Notes under the pieces: generated by a model
Told to the model about the DNA's origin: nothing
The model's input: only the letters and a program-made list of their open reading frames with translations
The model's database searches: none
Shown here: positions 1 to 13,084 of the stretch, in pieces
How positions within the stretch are numbered: the stretch's first letter is position 1
Layout: each line of letters opens with the position of its first letter
Source: Lama guanicoe
Lineage: Eukaryota
Direction of reading: 5' to 3'
Length of the DNA stretch: 64,000 nucleotides
Assembly: GCA_013239625.1 (NCBI GenBank)
Contig: MU055744.1
Location: 526,355-590,354, forward strand
Program-made: the position numbers and the translations under genes

Positions 1-324
<324 letters not shown>

Positions 325-1739
325 TCAGGAGCCCCAGGGCTGGAAGGCAGTCACACAGGTAGAGCTCTTTAAAAATTGTTTTCTAATCCAAGGGAGTTTT
401 AAATTTAGGGGATGTTTGGAGTCTCGGCATCTGACCAAATTCACACGTTGGGTGGAAGGCAGGGTGACCAGAGGCTGCAGGCCGGCTGAGCAGCAAGCAG
501 GACAGCAGGCGGCTGGCTGACTCACAGCGGGCACGTAATTGGGAAATCAGACCTCCTCCCGTAAGTGGGGAGGGGTGCTGGCGCAGCCTCGCTTGGCTGC
601 TCCCTGACGCTGGAGATGAAGGGCCCGCGGTAAGAGCCCGGAGCCAGCAGCCTGTTAGCCCAGAGCTGCAGCGACCCCAAGCCTGGGCCACATTCCCGCT
701 GGCAGCCCGGCCGAGGCAGTCCCTGCCGGCGAGGATGCCGGGCTTCCAGCTCCACACAGGCTGCCACCCACGAGCCATTTGGAGGATGCCACCAAGTTGC
801 TGGTGACATGTTGTGCCGGGGTCACACCCAACCTCAGTGCCGAGGTGTGCCCAAGGACCATCACGAAGTCAGAGCTGATGTGGCTGGTGTCACCTTGCAG
901 CCCAGCTCAGGGGTCCCCACCGGCAGGGACGCGGGCAGGCACTACTGTCGGAAAACACTCCCCGAGCCCAGACCTGCAGCCTGCCCAGTCGCCTCAGGCC
1001 ACCTCCCTGCTATTTTTAGCGTGGGGCGGGGAGGAGAAGCTGGGCGGAGGGAATCCATAGTAGATGCATTTCATTTCATTCATTTCTAACCCCGAGCTCA
1101 GGACCCACAGGCAGGAACAAAGTCATCAGGAAGAAAACGCTGCATGCAGTTCCCGAAAGAGCAGGTGAGGTGGACGGATGACGGCTCCGAGGGGTCGCCA
1201 TGAGACCTCCTCCCGGGGCACCGCGCCCTTGACAGCCGAAAGGGAGCGGGAGAGGAGACGAGTGTCCTTCACCTCTCCTTTTGGCTTAGAAGGAGCGGGC
1301 CTGGGGCGCGCCCCTTCCTCCGCGCGCGCCGCCGCCGCCGCCGCCGGCCGCTCCGGGGTGGTTCCTCTGCCCCCGCTCCAGCCACCGCCGAAGTCAGCCC
1401 TGCCCGGAGGCGGTCTGGGCCGCCGGCCCCCTCCCCCAAGGCGCCGAGAAGGGAGGAGAGGCGTTTCAGCGGCAGGGTGGGAGGGGGGCGCGGAAGGCGA
1501 CGGGCAAGCCCAGCAGCTGTGGCCCCGGGGCCCCGCCCGGCCCCTCTGCACCCTCCGCCGGCGGGGGACCCACGGACCTCTGCACGGGGACGGGAGGCGA
1601 AAGGTGCCTCGGGACTCTGAGGGCAGGAGCCCCTCGGCTCCCCGCCCGGGCCCCACTCCGGCCGGTCCAGTCCGGCTTTTGCGAAGTAGGGCGCGCTCAG
1701 TCCCGAGCGCTGGCTGGACCCAGCCGGACTGGGGTCGGT

Positions 1740-1825
1740 CGCGTCTCCACCCCTCACTTGCGGAGTGACCTTGGACAAGTCCCCAAGACCCCTGCCTCAG
1801 TTTCCAAACCTTATCAACGGGGACT
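1740..1825 (+). mobile_element. MIR SINE fragment
   Basis: GTGACCTTGGACAAGT...TGCCTCAGTTTCC matches the MIR core. Confidence 0.7.
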
Positions 1826-1830
1826 CATCA

Positions 1831-2283
<453 letters not shown>

Positions 2284-2284
2284 G

Positions 2285-2450
2285 NNNNNNNNNNNNNNNN
2301 NNNNNNNNNNNNNNNNNNNNNNNNNNNNNNNNNNNNNNNNNNNNNNNNNNNNNNNNNNNNNNNNNNNNNNNNNNNNNNNNNNNNNNNNNNNNNNNNNNNN
2401 NNNNNNNNNNNNNNNNNNNNNNNNNNNNNNNNNNNNNNNNNNNNNNNNNN
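2285..2450. other. Assembly gap (166 N) in the 5' UTR of exon B
   Basis: Run of N starting 10 nt upstream of the exon B ATG. Confidence 0.99.
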
Positions 2451-4254
2451 GGGAAGGGCCGCCGGCTCCGGTTCCTGCTCTGGCTCTGAGCGCCGCGCGG
2501 GCTGAGCGCGGGGGCCGCGGCCGGGAGGCGGGGACACGGCCGGGCGGCGGCCGACGCAATCTGCCCAAGAAATGGGTGGATTTTTCCTCTCCACTCCGGC
2601 TCCCCGCCGCCCCCTGGCTGCTGGCAGCGAGGTCTGCAGAGCCCTGTCGCCCAGGAGTTGGGAGGGGGTGATCCCGGAGGAAAGAGACCGCTGCCCCCTT
2701 GCAAGTCATCGAAATCTGCCTGCCGCCCGGCCTTGGCACAGGGGCTGGCAGCTGCCCTCCCACCCTCCAGGCCTTCGGCGAGCAAGGCCCAGTCAGCCCT
2801 GAGACCCCCCAGGGCTCGCTCTGCCTCCCTGCAGGGGACTTGCTTTGTGGTGGCTCCAGGCTCCTGCCAGCCCCACAGACCCTGAAACCCAGCCCGGAGG
2901 GCGAGCTCCTGGCCCGCTCCCAAAGCAGCCTCTGGTGGGGGGGCCTCCATCCCCAGCGCTGGGGAGGGAGGGGCCTGGGCAAAGGGGAAGCCCTCTGGGT
3001 AGTGCTGGGTGGCTGGAGCCCCAAGGCTTTTGCTGGCAGCTCCCGGCGCCCAGTGGGCTCCTGGGTGCAGATGTGAGGGGTGCGTGCACGCAGGAGGGGT
3101 GCAGGACCGGGGGATTTGGGGCTCAGGCCTCCTGGCACTGTTGCTAAAGTGGCCCCACCCACGATGAGTGTGGTGCAGGAGGGGCCCTGGTTAGGGACCT
3201 GGGACCTGTGGCAGGGGTGGGTGTCCTCTCTGGCTCCCCCTGGGGCGGGGGTGGGCCTGGTGCCCTGGCAGCGGGGCAGAGGAGGCTGGCGCGAGCTCCC
3301 AGCCCTGGGCGGCATCGGCGCCAGAACACGTGTAAGGCCCCCTGGGAGCGCAGGCCTGACCGGGTCACACATCGTAACAGGGCTTCGCGCGGCTCCTAGT
3401 GGGGGACGAGAGCGCTTCCCCGGGCCTCCCATTCAGCTTCCCCGGCATCTGGGAAGCCCCCGCCCCGGCAGCACTCTGCCCTGCCTGGTGAGAATTAATC
3501 TCCCTTCCCAGGTGGGGACTGAAGGGGGACTTCGGGAGGAAGGGGCCGGCCTTCCTGGCACCCGCCTAAGATGGGCACCAGCTCCCCGGGTGCTCTCTGC
3601 CGCGTCCCCGTCCGCAGAGGGCTCAGCTACAGCCGGGCGCTCCAGGCCTGAGCGCTGGGTGCGAGGTCGCGGGCTGAGCGGCTCCTCTGGTTTGTTTTCC
3701 CGGTTAACGCGGGATCTGTGGCAGCGTCTGGGTTGGAAGCAGCGAATTCCAACTGCTGGGGACGGGCGCCACCTCCCAGTGCCAGCGGGAACTGCAGGCT
3801 CTGCCCAGCATCCATGCTGCTGGGGTCCTGCCCGCTGGGTCACCCATGCTCCGCCTCCTTTCTCTTTCAATAAATGTTTAACGGGGATTTAGGGCCGCAA
3901 GCTGTGCCCGCCCGAATCACTAACACCGGCTTCCCACCGCAGAAGGACACTGACCACTTATTTTGTTGGAGCAACTTCAAGTCCAGCACAACCCAATCTT
4001 CAAAACCCTCACGCCACCCCTCTCGGAAACCGCAGGTATTTGCTTACTGCCTACTAAGCGCAAGATGTGGTGGGCACAGCGCGCTGCAGACCCCAGACCC
4101 AGCCACGGCACGAGGCACAGCCTGCCGCAAGCCCCAGGACGAGAAGCAGCACCGAAAGACAGAGCAGATCCCCAGGCACCGTGTGTGAAGGGAAACGCCC
4201 CTGCCGCCGGCCGAGCACACGCAGGGGCATCTCAGGATGGTGGCTCCGTGTGCA

Positions 4255-4400
4255 GGCTCGGAGCCCTGGCTCTGCCACTGATGGGTTGGGAGACTCTGGC
4301 AGAGGTAATTAGCCCTCTGTGCCTCGATTTCCCCATCTGTAAAGTGGGTTTAATAATAGCACCTTTCTCTCTGGGGTGTGCGAGGATTCAGTGAATCCAT
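4255..4400 (+). mobile_element. MIR SINE
   Basis: GGCTCTGCCACT...CTCTGTGCCTCGATTTCCCCATCTGTAAAGTGGG...ATAATAGCACCT...GAGGATT matches MIR core and 3' part. Confidence 0.85.
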
Positions 4401-5794
4401 GCCACAATGGACGTGGCAGCCAAGGAAGGTGCCCGTCCTGGTCGTCCTGGCTTTGCAGAGGCTCAAAGGTGCTAGGAGGGGACCCTCAGCTGAGTGACCG
4501 CTGGCAGAGCTGGGATTCGATGCCCCTGGAGACCTCCATCACCTTTCCTAAGAGCTGCTGTTGGCCAAAGACCACGCACCAGAGGTGCTGTTGATACAGA
4601 CGGACAAACGCAGAGGAGGGACTGCTGGACCTGAAGGCAACTCCCAACACCAGGGCCGCGTTCTAGGAGGGTGAATTCCCAACAAGCAGAGAAACAAGAA
4701 ACAAAAGAGCCCTCCCCCCAAAAACCTTCTCCTGGTCTTGAAGAACTTCTGATACAGTTTCACGGCCGCAGTGTCCCACAGGGTTTACAGTCACTCTACA
4801 TTAGAACACTGCCACTGGCTGGGCTTCTCAGCAGAGGAGATGAAGCCCAGGTCATTTGCAAGCATGAAGCCAAAGCGGCTGCTGGAGGCCGGAGGACCCA
4901 AGGGCTGAGGGGCGCCTTCAGCCCCCAGCCCGGGACTCCCTCCCACCGTCCAGGGGACGGACAGTGAGGGCCAGCCTGGGGACTTGAAACCCCTGGTCAT
5001 GTTTCTCCTGGGCGTGCGGCTGTGCTGTGGAGCCAGCAGGGGTTTCTGGCTTCCCGTAAGGCACGGCTGGGAAGCCGTCTTGTAAAAATGTGGCTTTGGG
5101 CTACTTGCCCGGGGCCTGCCAGATGCGGGCTGCCCCTTGGACTGCCCACAGCCCTCGGGGAACTAAGCTGACCCCGCGGAGGTCAAAGCACTGAGCGGGG
5201 CGGGAGGAAGAGCTGCCTCGCACCCACCCGCTGCCTTTGAATCCTAGTCATCATCTCACGACCTGTCTGTTCTCGACAGAGAACTGAATAGAGGCGCTGT
5301 GCGCGCCCCTCCCTCCCGGGTGGAGTGTGTGGACATAGCGGTACAGCTGCTCCCCGCCCAGCTGGAAGCCTGCACCCCGGCCGCTCTAACCACTGGGAGG
5401 TTCAAGGTGGGTCACTTCCCACTCACCCAGTCCCAAACCAAGGTCCTCTCCAGCGTCTGCAACCTGTGATTTGGTAAGAAAGACTGGCTTTTAAAGAATT
5501 TGACAGGGCCGTCCGAGAGCCCTCCAGCAGGTGCAGTTTAATTTAGAAGCTGCAGTGTGTCTCCAAAAGCGAACTATGGATGGTGGAAGGACGAAGGCAT
5601 TTGGATGGAAGGCTCCATGGCGTTGGCCAACACCAGGTGTCCCTTAGAAGGAATGTAAGCCCCGACTTCCACACGCTCTCCTCGAAGCAAGGACTCACTC
5701 ACATTCACAGCTCTAAGCAACCGTCCTTACGCCCCAAGCAGGCCCTGCGCCCCAGGCGCCCTCCGGCTAAGCCGTGACTCACGTGACCTTACAG

Positions 5795-5905
5795 ACGCCC
5801 GCTCCCGCTTATGGAGGAGGCATTTGGGGCTTGGAAAGATGACAAGATCTGCCCAAGGTCATACAGTGAGCTAGCTGTTCCCAGGGCCGAGCCCGAAGAC
5901 AGGAT
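5795..5905 (-). mobile_element. MIR SINE fragment
   Basis: ATGGAGGAGGCATTTGGGGCTTGGAAAG...TGCCCAAGGTCATACAG is the reverse complement of the MIR core. Confidence 0.65.
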
Positions 5906-5929
5906 CCACCTTTGCCCTCCAGAAGTCAT

Positions 5930-6249
5930 GGTGTTTGGGTCCGTTTGAGACACCAACTGGGCAACTAGAGACCGCCTTTATGGTTCATGGTCCTGGAGGC
6001 CGGACATCCGCGATCAAGGCACAGGCGCGGCACGTCCTGGCGAGGCCCCCGCTCCTGGTTCAGTGGGGGCCTCCTGCCGTGTCCTACGTGGTGGAGGGGG
6101 CTCCCTGGACCCTCAGATGAGGGGCTGATCCCACTCGTGAGGGCAGTGCACCTCCCAAAGGCCCTCCTCCTCGTGCCGTCCTCTTTGGGGGTTAGGATTT
6201 CAACATATGAAACGCGGTAGGGGGGACAAAAACATTAAGACCATAGCAT
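5930..6249 (-). mobile_element. MaLR LTR, MLT1A-like solo LTR
   Basis: CACCTCCCAAAGGCCC...TTGGGGGTTAGGATTTCAACATATGAA...AACATTAAGACCATAGCA is the reverse complement of the MLT1A 5' end (TGCTATGG). Confidence 0.85.
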
Positions 6250-9244
6250 GAGCCACGGCGAAATCTCGCAAGTTGAGGGAGCAGTGTGATCTGTGTGGCC
6301 ACAGACATCCACCAGCTGCGTGATTCCACGGGGCACGGTGCCCCGAGCATTTCTGCCGGAGCATCCCTGGGTCCTGGTCAGCTAAGCCCCTGGGAGAGCG
6401 GCGAGGTCTTCCCTCCCCACCGTGGTCCCCAGCAGAGCCTGCAGGCTGCGTCACCTGTCGAGCTCCTTGTACCGGCCAGGGTTCTGTCCTCACACCAGCC
6501 CAAGCCAGCCTTGACCTTGGTGGGCTCTGTGCAGATTCACCAGCGCACGTGAAAACAAGAGCGCCGACTTCCTCAGCCGCCGGTTTCACGGCTCTGAAAA
6601 TGAGGACTGACGTTACATAAGCCTGCAGGCATCCTCCTGCCTACAGCCCTGTCGTTCTTCTAAGGGACGGCGCACGGGGGTGGGTGTGGTACCACACGAA
6701 GCCCGTCACTGCTGTGGGGCGAGCGAGGAGGCATGTCTGACTGTCTCTGATCCACGGACAAAACCTGAGGTCCACGGAGTGGGCACTTGCAGAGCAACAC
6801 CAGCCCTGCTGCTCCTTGGCAGAGACATCCCCAGAGGACAAAGTTCGACACCCCTTTGCTGTTTAAGACTATGCGCATGTCCCTCATGCTGTGCGCACAG
6901 AGCCTGGGGGTGGACAGCGAGGGGGGGACAAAGGAGGAGGCGGGAGAGAGACAGAAGAGCAGGGGGGCCCTCTGCTCCCTCCATCCCGCACAGGCCCTCC
7001 CTTCTAACTTCTTGCGGGAGGAAGGGTAGCCCTGGAGCAGGGGAGGACCTGGTCTCGGGCCGGGGAACCCTGGGGGCACCCACGGGGATCTGGAACCAGC
7101 AGCCACGGGGACCACCATGGCCGTCCTTCCTTCCTCACCCACTCGGGCGCACGGCCCCTCTGGCGCCTGGATGCATGGCCTCTAGTCAAACCCTAGGATG
7201 GGGGCCACCTCCCTGAGGGAGGGGCTCTGCCGACGCTGCGACTGCCCCAGGGCCAGCGCCCGTCCAAGTGCTCTGTCCGTCCAGAGTCCAAGGCCACCCC
7301 GCCTCCTCCCACACTCTCTGCTCTGGCTCCGGAAAGTTCCACACTCCTTTCCTGAATGCTGCTTCAGACTGCCACGTCCAGACCGGGGGAGCCACAGCCC
7401 CATCTTGTCCGGGCTGCCCCGACAGAAATGGGGTCCAATTCTGGGAGTGGCGGTTTGAAGAACAGAGACAGGAGAGTTCATCAGGCACCTGGCCCTCCGG
7501 GCTGAGCGCATGGTTTCGGGGCCCCACAAAAGTTACGTTCCCCACTCTCCATCTAAGGGAACTGATCACAGCTGTGAGGACAGGCTTGTTTTCGTTGAGT
7601 AAGTCATTGATCCTGACATGAATTAGAAGGCGGCGTCATTACAGAACATCGAAGGGCCCACTCCGGGGTCCAGCTGGAGATGCATGAGACACCCCAGAAT
7701 GGAACACGTGCCCAGAGCAGAGGTCTTGGAGCTGCCTGACTCTAGAGGCTCCCACGTGGGGCCACTCCAGGAGCACACACTCCACCCTCACACGTCACCA
7801 GCATCTCAAACCGACGAGGACCCCTGCCCACTGAGACCAGACTCGGCCGCAGAAACCTGGGCCCCTCCACCCAGGGCTGGGGCTGTCTCTGCAGAAACCC
7901 CGGGAGCTGTTCACGGAGTAGCTCGGCGGACGCCCTCTCCCCAGCTGCCACTCAGCCCTGGCCCCACCCACGCAGAGTCAAGGGCAGGATTCGTGGGCCG
8001 GGCCCTGCCTGGACGGGGCGGGGCACAGGCTCCCACTCACCGGAAGCGTTTCCAAACCTGAGCGCGCTTGTCTTCCAGTCCCGCTGTGCTGTCAGTTACA
8101 GCCAGCACCCTGGCGTGGCCAGCAGAGTGATTGATCACATTTATACATGTACCTCTGTCCTTTCTTTGACGCTTAGACACCCAAACTATCGCCTGAAGCG
8201 AACAGGAGTGACTTTCCAGTCAGAGATACTCGTAAGAGCCTCGTGCACAGCGGAGTCCTCTGTGCCGGGAGCTTTAAGCTCCTGGATGGCGTCTTCCGTG
8301 CTCAGTCAATTACTGCAGGGAACCGAGCTGCCTTAGGTGAGCGTCTGCAAGGTGAGAGCGTCCACCGTGGACAAAGCCTGGGGCTTCAGCATCCTCCCTC
8401 CCTTCTCTCCCCTGGACGCCTCAGTCCAGGCTCTTCACAGCCCCCTACCCTCTGACTGGCCGCCTGGTTTTAAATGTCCTTGAACCGAACATTGGGAGCC
8501 TCCGGGCCCAGTCCCCATTGCCGGCACCAGGGCAGGTCGATGAGGGAAGCCCACGTCTTCTGAACCCACTCGAGAGCAAGGAGGCCACTGTCACCCCCTG
8601 TCACCAGGCGCTGGTCACGGGACTCGACCTGGGTGCAGCAGAAGGGGGCGTGGTGTCTGCAAGGAGGAGCCCGCCCCCGTGCCTGCATGGTCTTCCCCTG
8701 AGTTATAGCCTACGCCAAATGCAACAGCGGTGTCACCAGAACTGCAGTGTTTGGGCGGTTCGGAGATTTAGAGGTCCCATCGGCTAAGAGCCCCCTTGCC
8801 CTATTTCTGACTTCCTGCATCCTGGGCGTCAAGCAGGTGCGGGGAGATTCGGGGGTGCCGGGCTCCCGGCATGAGCCCTGCTTTAGCCAAAGAGAACCGC
8901 GTGAGGGATGCGGGGCCCCCTCGTGGGCAGACGCCCTCCACCTCCCGGATGGAGGGGCTTTTCCAGCTCCCCGGCTTCAGAGGCAGGAAGCAAAGCGCCC
9001 CGCAGGGCCCCACGCCGGCCCAGGCGCCTCCCGCCCTGCTGTCCCTCTTTGAAAAGCCGAGCTCCAAGGTCGGAGCGGCCGAGCATTTGGCCGCACAGTT
9101 AGAGACACAGCCCTCAAGTCCTGCGCAGGCAGCGTGAGCGGGCCTGACGGCGCCTGGCGCCGCTTCCCCACCGGTCCTCGCGACGCCGAGCTGCTGTCTC
9201 TACTTCATATTTTTCCCTCTCCGACTTAAGAACATGAATTTGGG

Positions 9245-9445
9245 CGTCAGGCAGCCTTGGGGCTGCACCCAGGTTCTGTCACGTCCCTGCCTGGCCACTG
9301 GCCGGTTACTTTCCCCTCCACCCCTGCCCCCTAAGCCTCAGTTTCCTTGTTTCAGGAGCAAGGACAGCAGCACAGGGCTGCCGGGGCGGCTCCTGCACGA
9401 CCCAGATGCCGTTCCGGCGGGGAGCTGCGCACGTGCTGACACTCA
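9245..9445 (+). mobile_element. MIR SINE (degenerate)
   Basis: CTAAGCCTCAGTTTCCTTGTTT core with degenerate flanks. Confidence 0.55.
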
Positions 9446-11077
9446 GGAAGCACCGGCCTTCCTGCCCGGCTTTCTCCCTCGTGCTTTAAGCCCCTGGCGA
9501 GTTTCTTCCGTGTAATAATCTGAAACGCAAGGAGATGGGCATTTGCCCGCCCCACCTTCTCCCGGGTCACCGCAGCCACCGTGGGAGGGACCTCGTGGCC
9601 ACTGGCCTCTGGCGTGCGGCGCGTCTGCCTGGCACCTCTCGGAGCCAAAAGCTGGCTCCCGGCCCGTCAGCCCCGCGCACAGCTGCCATGCGTCCAATTC
9701 AGTTCAGATAGTAATCAGTTTTTTGTTACTTTCCACGGGGATGCGGACGCTGATTACAGGGCCTGGTAACTTCAGTAATAAATACAACCCATGGCAGAAT
9801 CACCTTTCTTCTTACGGGCGGCGGCTGAAGCCAGTGCAATGAGGAGCAAATTGCTTTTGGAGATGAAGCAGCTGCCTGATGCTGAGAATTCACAGCTACC
9901 CGCTCCCCACCGTGTCACAGAGCCTTTCTGCCCAGAAACCGGAGATCCTCTCTGTCTGTGTGTCCACAGACGGCCTCCCCCAGGCCCCGAGACAGGGCCA
10001 ACCGCAGTGTAAAGGCGGAGCAAATTCCACGCACTCTGAACTACCTGGTCCAGGGCAGGGCCTCGGTGTCCGAGCCCCCCAGCTCCCTCACCACTAACGC
10101 TCCAGCGTCCAGAGCAGATGTGGGCCTGAAAGGCGGGGAGACCAGGGGCTGGGCAAACGGACAGGAAGTCAGTGGGGTCATCGGGCCTGAGTTTAGACTC
10201 AAGCAGGTGACAGAATTCACGCTCCTATTGGGACGGACGGCTTCATTCTCGTTAAATTTGTTCAGGGGAGTGGGTTGGGGGTCTTCCACTCCAGAACTGG
10301 CTGAACTTGAGGAGGAGAGAACAGATTTGAAGAGATGGGGATTCTGAGGGGCTGAACCCCACGCCAGCCCCTCTGTGACACTGGCCTGACCTCGGCACTC
10401 ATCACACCTCCCCCGAGGGTCCTCTCATATCTCTTCCAGGCCCCCGAGCTCAGGGCCAGCACAGGGCCATGGCGCCAAAAGCCTGAAGTCACAGGACCAC
10501 CCCAGTAACAGCTGGTCCTCAAGGATGCCCTGTGCTCAGAGACACCTGGAACCACACACCCAAGGTGCCGGTGTTGGGGTTGTCAGGTCGTTAAGGAAGG
10601 CCACACCTGGGGCCAGTGGACTGACGAGCAGAGACCCACTTCACTCCTGAGATTACCCGAACCCCTCAACACGCCTTTGCTGAACCCCGGATACAGGGCT
10701 CCTCTCACGCTGTGGCCTGGGCGAGTGGCCTCTCTGCCCACCTGCTCCTCCCCCGCTCACCCAGCTGTGAGCTCGGGGCCCCACGGCACCTCTTCTCCCG
10801 CTGCCTCAGCTCCGGGGGAAGAGCCCCCCCACCGGCCCCACAGCCTGGGTTCAGGCAGCCCTCGAGCCTCTGAAACAGCTACGGCAGAGCCTCAGGCCGC
10901 GCTGCTCAGCACAGCGGCCTGGGAGCCGGGCAGCCAGGCTCGGACTCAGCCGCGCCAGCCCAGCTGACTGAGTTCCACCCGAGCAGCGGGCGTCCGAGAG
11001 CTGCGTGGGGCAGGACAGCTGGAGAGGGCGGAGCGGGGCTTTGAGGCGGGGAGACATCTTCAAGCAGCACCTGGCTT

Positions 11078-11205
11078 CATCCTCCTCGTTTTCAAAAGGT
11101 GGAAGCCGAGGCCGAAGCTAAGAGCTGTTCCCAAGGTCACCAGTCAGCGGCTGGTGAGCCTGGGGAGGGTAAGGGCTGTCGGGTCCAAGGTCGTTGCCCC
11201 AGAGC
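11078..11205 (-). mobile_element. MIR SINE fragment
   Basis: ATCCTCCTCGTTTTCAAAAGGTGGAAGCCGAGGC...CCCAAGGTCACC is the reverse MIR core. Confidence 0.6.
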
Positions 11206-12487
11206 TTCCCGCCCCTTTCACACCATTGCACACAGAGCTGCTTCTCTCTGAAGGGAGAGTGAGACGGGCTGGGGTGGGCGGGGCTCAGGCAGCCCCAGCA
11301 CCGCTCCCCCGCCCCCCACCCAAGACAGGGAGATAACCCCCTCCTGGTGCCCAGCTGGGAAGCTCCGGACCACGTTTCTCAAGGAGCTCGGAACACCAGC
11401 CTTTTATTGAAAATCACAGAACAAGACTCAGGAAAGCACCTTTCTGTCTGGGGACAGAGTTCATCTGGGCCCACGAGCCTGGCGCGTAGTAGGCCATCGA
11501 TCACTAGTTGGCATTTGACTGAGCAGCTCATCGTAAGCGAGCTGTCGGGAGAACAGATGGCCTGGCCATGTGCTGTCCCCCCGCTCCGTCTGCCTGAATC
11601 CTTCAAACAGCGCTTGTGAAGCGCAGGTAGAGCCCGCACGCTGCTGACTTGTTCCCATTTCCACGCGTGCTAATCCATAAACATGGTGGCCCTGCCCTGG
11701 ACCTTATGTCCACGTCCCGGGAGGGGCCCTAAGATGGAGGGCGTGGCTGTGGGAACAAGGAGCCTGAAGTGGTAGAGGAAGGCGTGAAGGGAGACGGCCC
11801 ACACGGCTCGGGCGTCTGCTCTTTTCCTGAAGCCCAGAGGTGGTTTGTTCCCTCGCACATGTGGGTAGCATTACTCCTGGCACCACGCCACATGGCTTCT
11901 CCCTTTGGGGTCAGGAAAGCAAGATTCTCGGGTAGGGCTGTCCCCAAGTGGCTCTCAGATCAGAGCAGCCCAGCCCAGCGCCCCCACACGCTCCCAGTCC
12001 CGGTCCCAGCCTCAGAGGTCACTGCTGAAGGAGGGAGGCACCTGGCCCAACCCCAGAGCAGCCCACGGGGGCCAGGGCAGCTGGGCTCCCTGAGGCTGGT
12101 GGCCGGGCCAGCCGCGCTCTGACTCCTTCACTGACTCGAAATGGTTGGGGAGGTTTTCACCAGTTGAGCCTTTGTTCTAAAATCCCACCACGATTAAGGG
12201 TCACAGGCCTCCAGCAGAGGATTCTGAAGGTATAGCCTCAGAGGCAGGCCCAGGGGGCGGGCTGTGCCTCCCGGCTGTGTGGAGGGAGGCACCCCCGAGA
12301 GCTCTCACAGCTCGCTTCAGAAAGAGGAGCCCTCCAAAGGCAGCAGCACCGTTTTCCTTCCTGCCCCCCCCACCCGCCGTGGGTTCTGGGCACTGACCAG
12401 GGTCCTGAAAAGGACGGCCGGGCTACAGATGCGCGTGCAGGGGCTGGCCACACTCACAGGGCCATCAGGGTGGCCAGGTGAACCCTC

Positions 12488-13084
12488 TCACCCTCGAGAC
12501 AAGGCTTTCAACAGAAGGTTCAACTTTTGAGCCAAAAGTTTCTTCCAAGAACAGGAGATCTTTAAAAAGATCGAGAGGAGAAGGTCTGGAGGGAAAGCAC
12601 CTTGTGGGCTGGGAACAGAGGCCCAGGGAGCCTGGTGGAGAGGAGGCCAGAAGGGCTTCTTGCCCAAGATGTCTAACAAGGCACACGCCACCTGGCTCCT
12701 CTCTGCCGTGTGCACCCGTGTCTGCGGGTGTGAGCATGTGGGAGGGTGTGTGTGAGTGTGTGCACATGCATGCGTACAACTGTCCATCCACAGGGCACAA
12801 GCCCACCCCTTGGCCCGGCCTTCCCCGCAGCCAAGAATGCTTCTCTCCTGAAGGCGGTGCAGAACCTCTCCAGGGGGCCTGGCTGACTGCGTGGTCCCAG
12901 GGCAGGGGTCTCTGAGGCAGGTGGGATGACAAACCCTCCAGGTGCCGGGGCTGGGGCTGCACTTCCCGGCAGAGCCAGGGAGCCCAAAGGGCTTCAAGGC
13001 AAAGCCAGGGAAGCTTATTCCAGAGCCTTCTCTCCTGTGAGCCACCTCACACCCTCTCTTCTCTCTTTTGTTTCCTGTTTTATT
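12488..13084 (-). other. OLFM1: Candidate alternative terminal exon downstream of exon A (homologue of the olfactomedin-domain-less human OLFM1 isoform exon)
   Basis: Acceptor CCTCTCTCCTTCTTAG| at 13086-13085, then NKTGNKREKRG... open to the stop at 12488. Blocks in other frames (GSLALP, LERFCTAFRREAFLA, MCTHSHTPSHM) resemble my recollection of the human short isoform. No transcript evidence available. Confidence 0.5.

Noticed and set aside
5977-5982. Sense-oriented intronic MLT1A with its poly(A) signal changed (TTTATG instead of TTTATT on +)
   Set aside because: Most intergenic MLT1 copies here have also lost the signal, so selection cannot be inferred.
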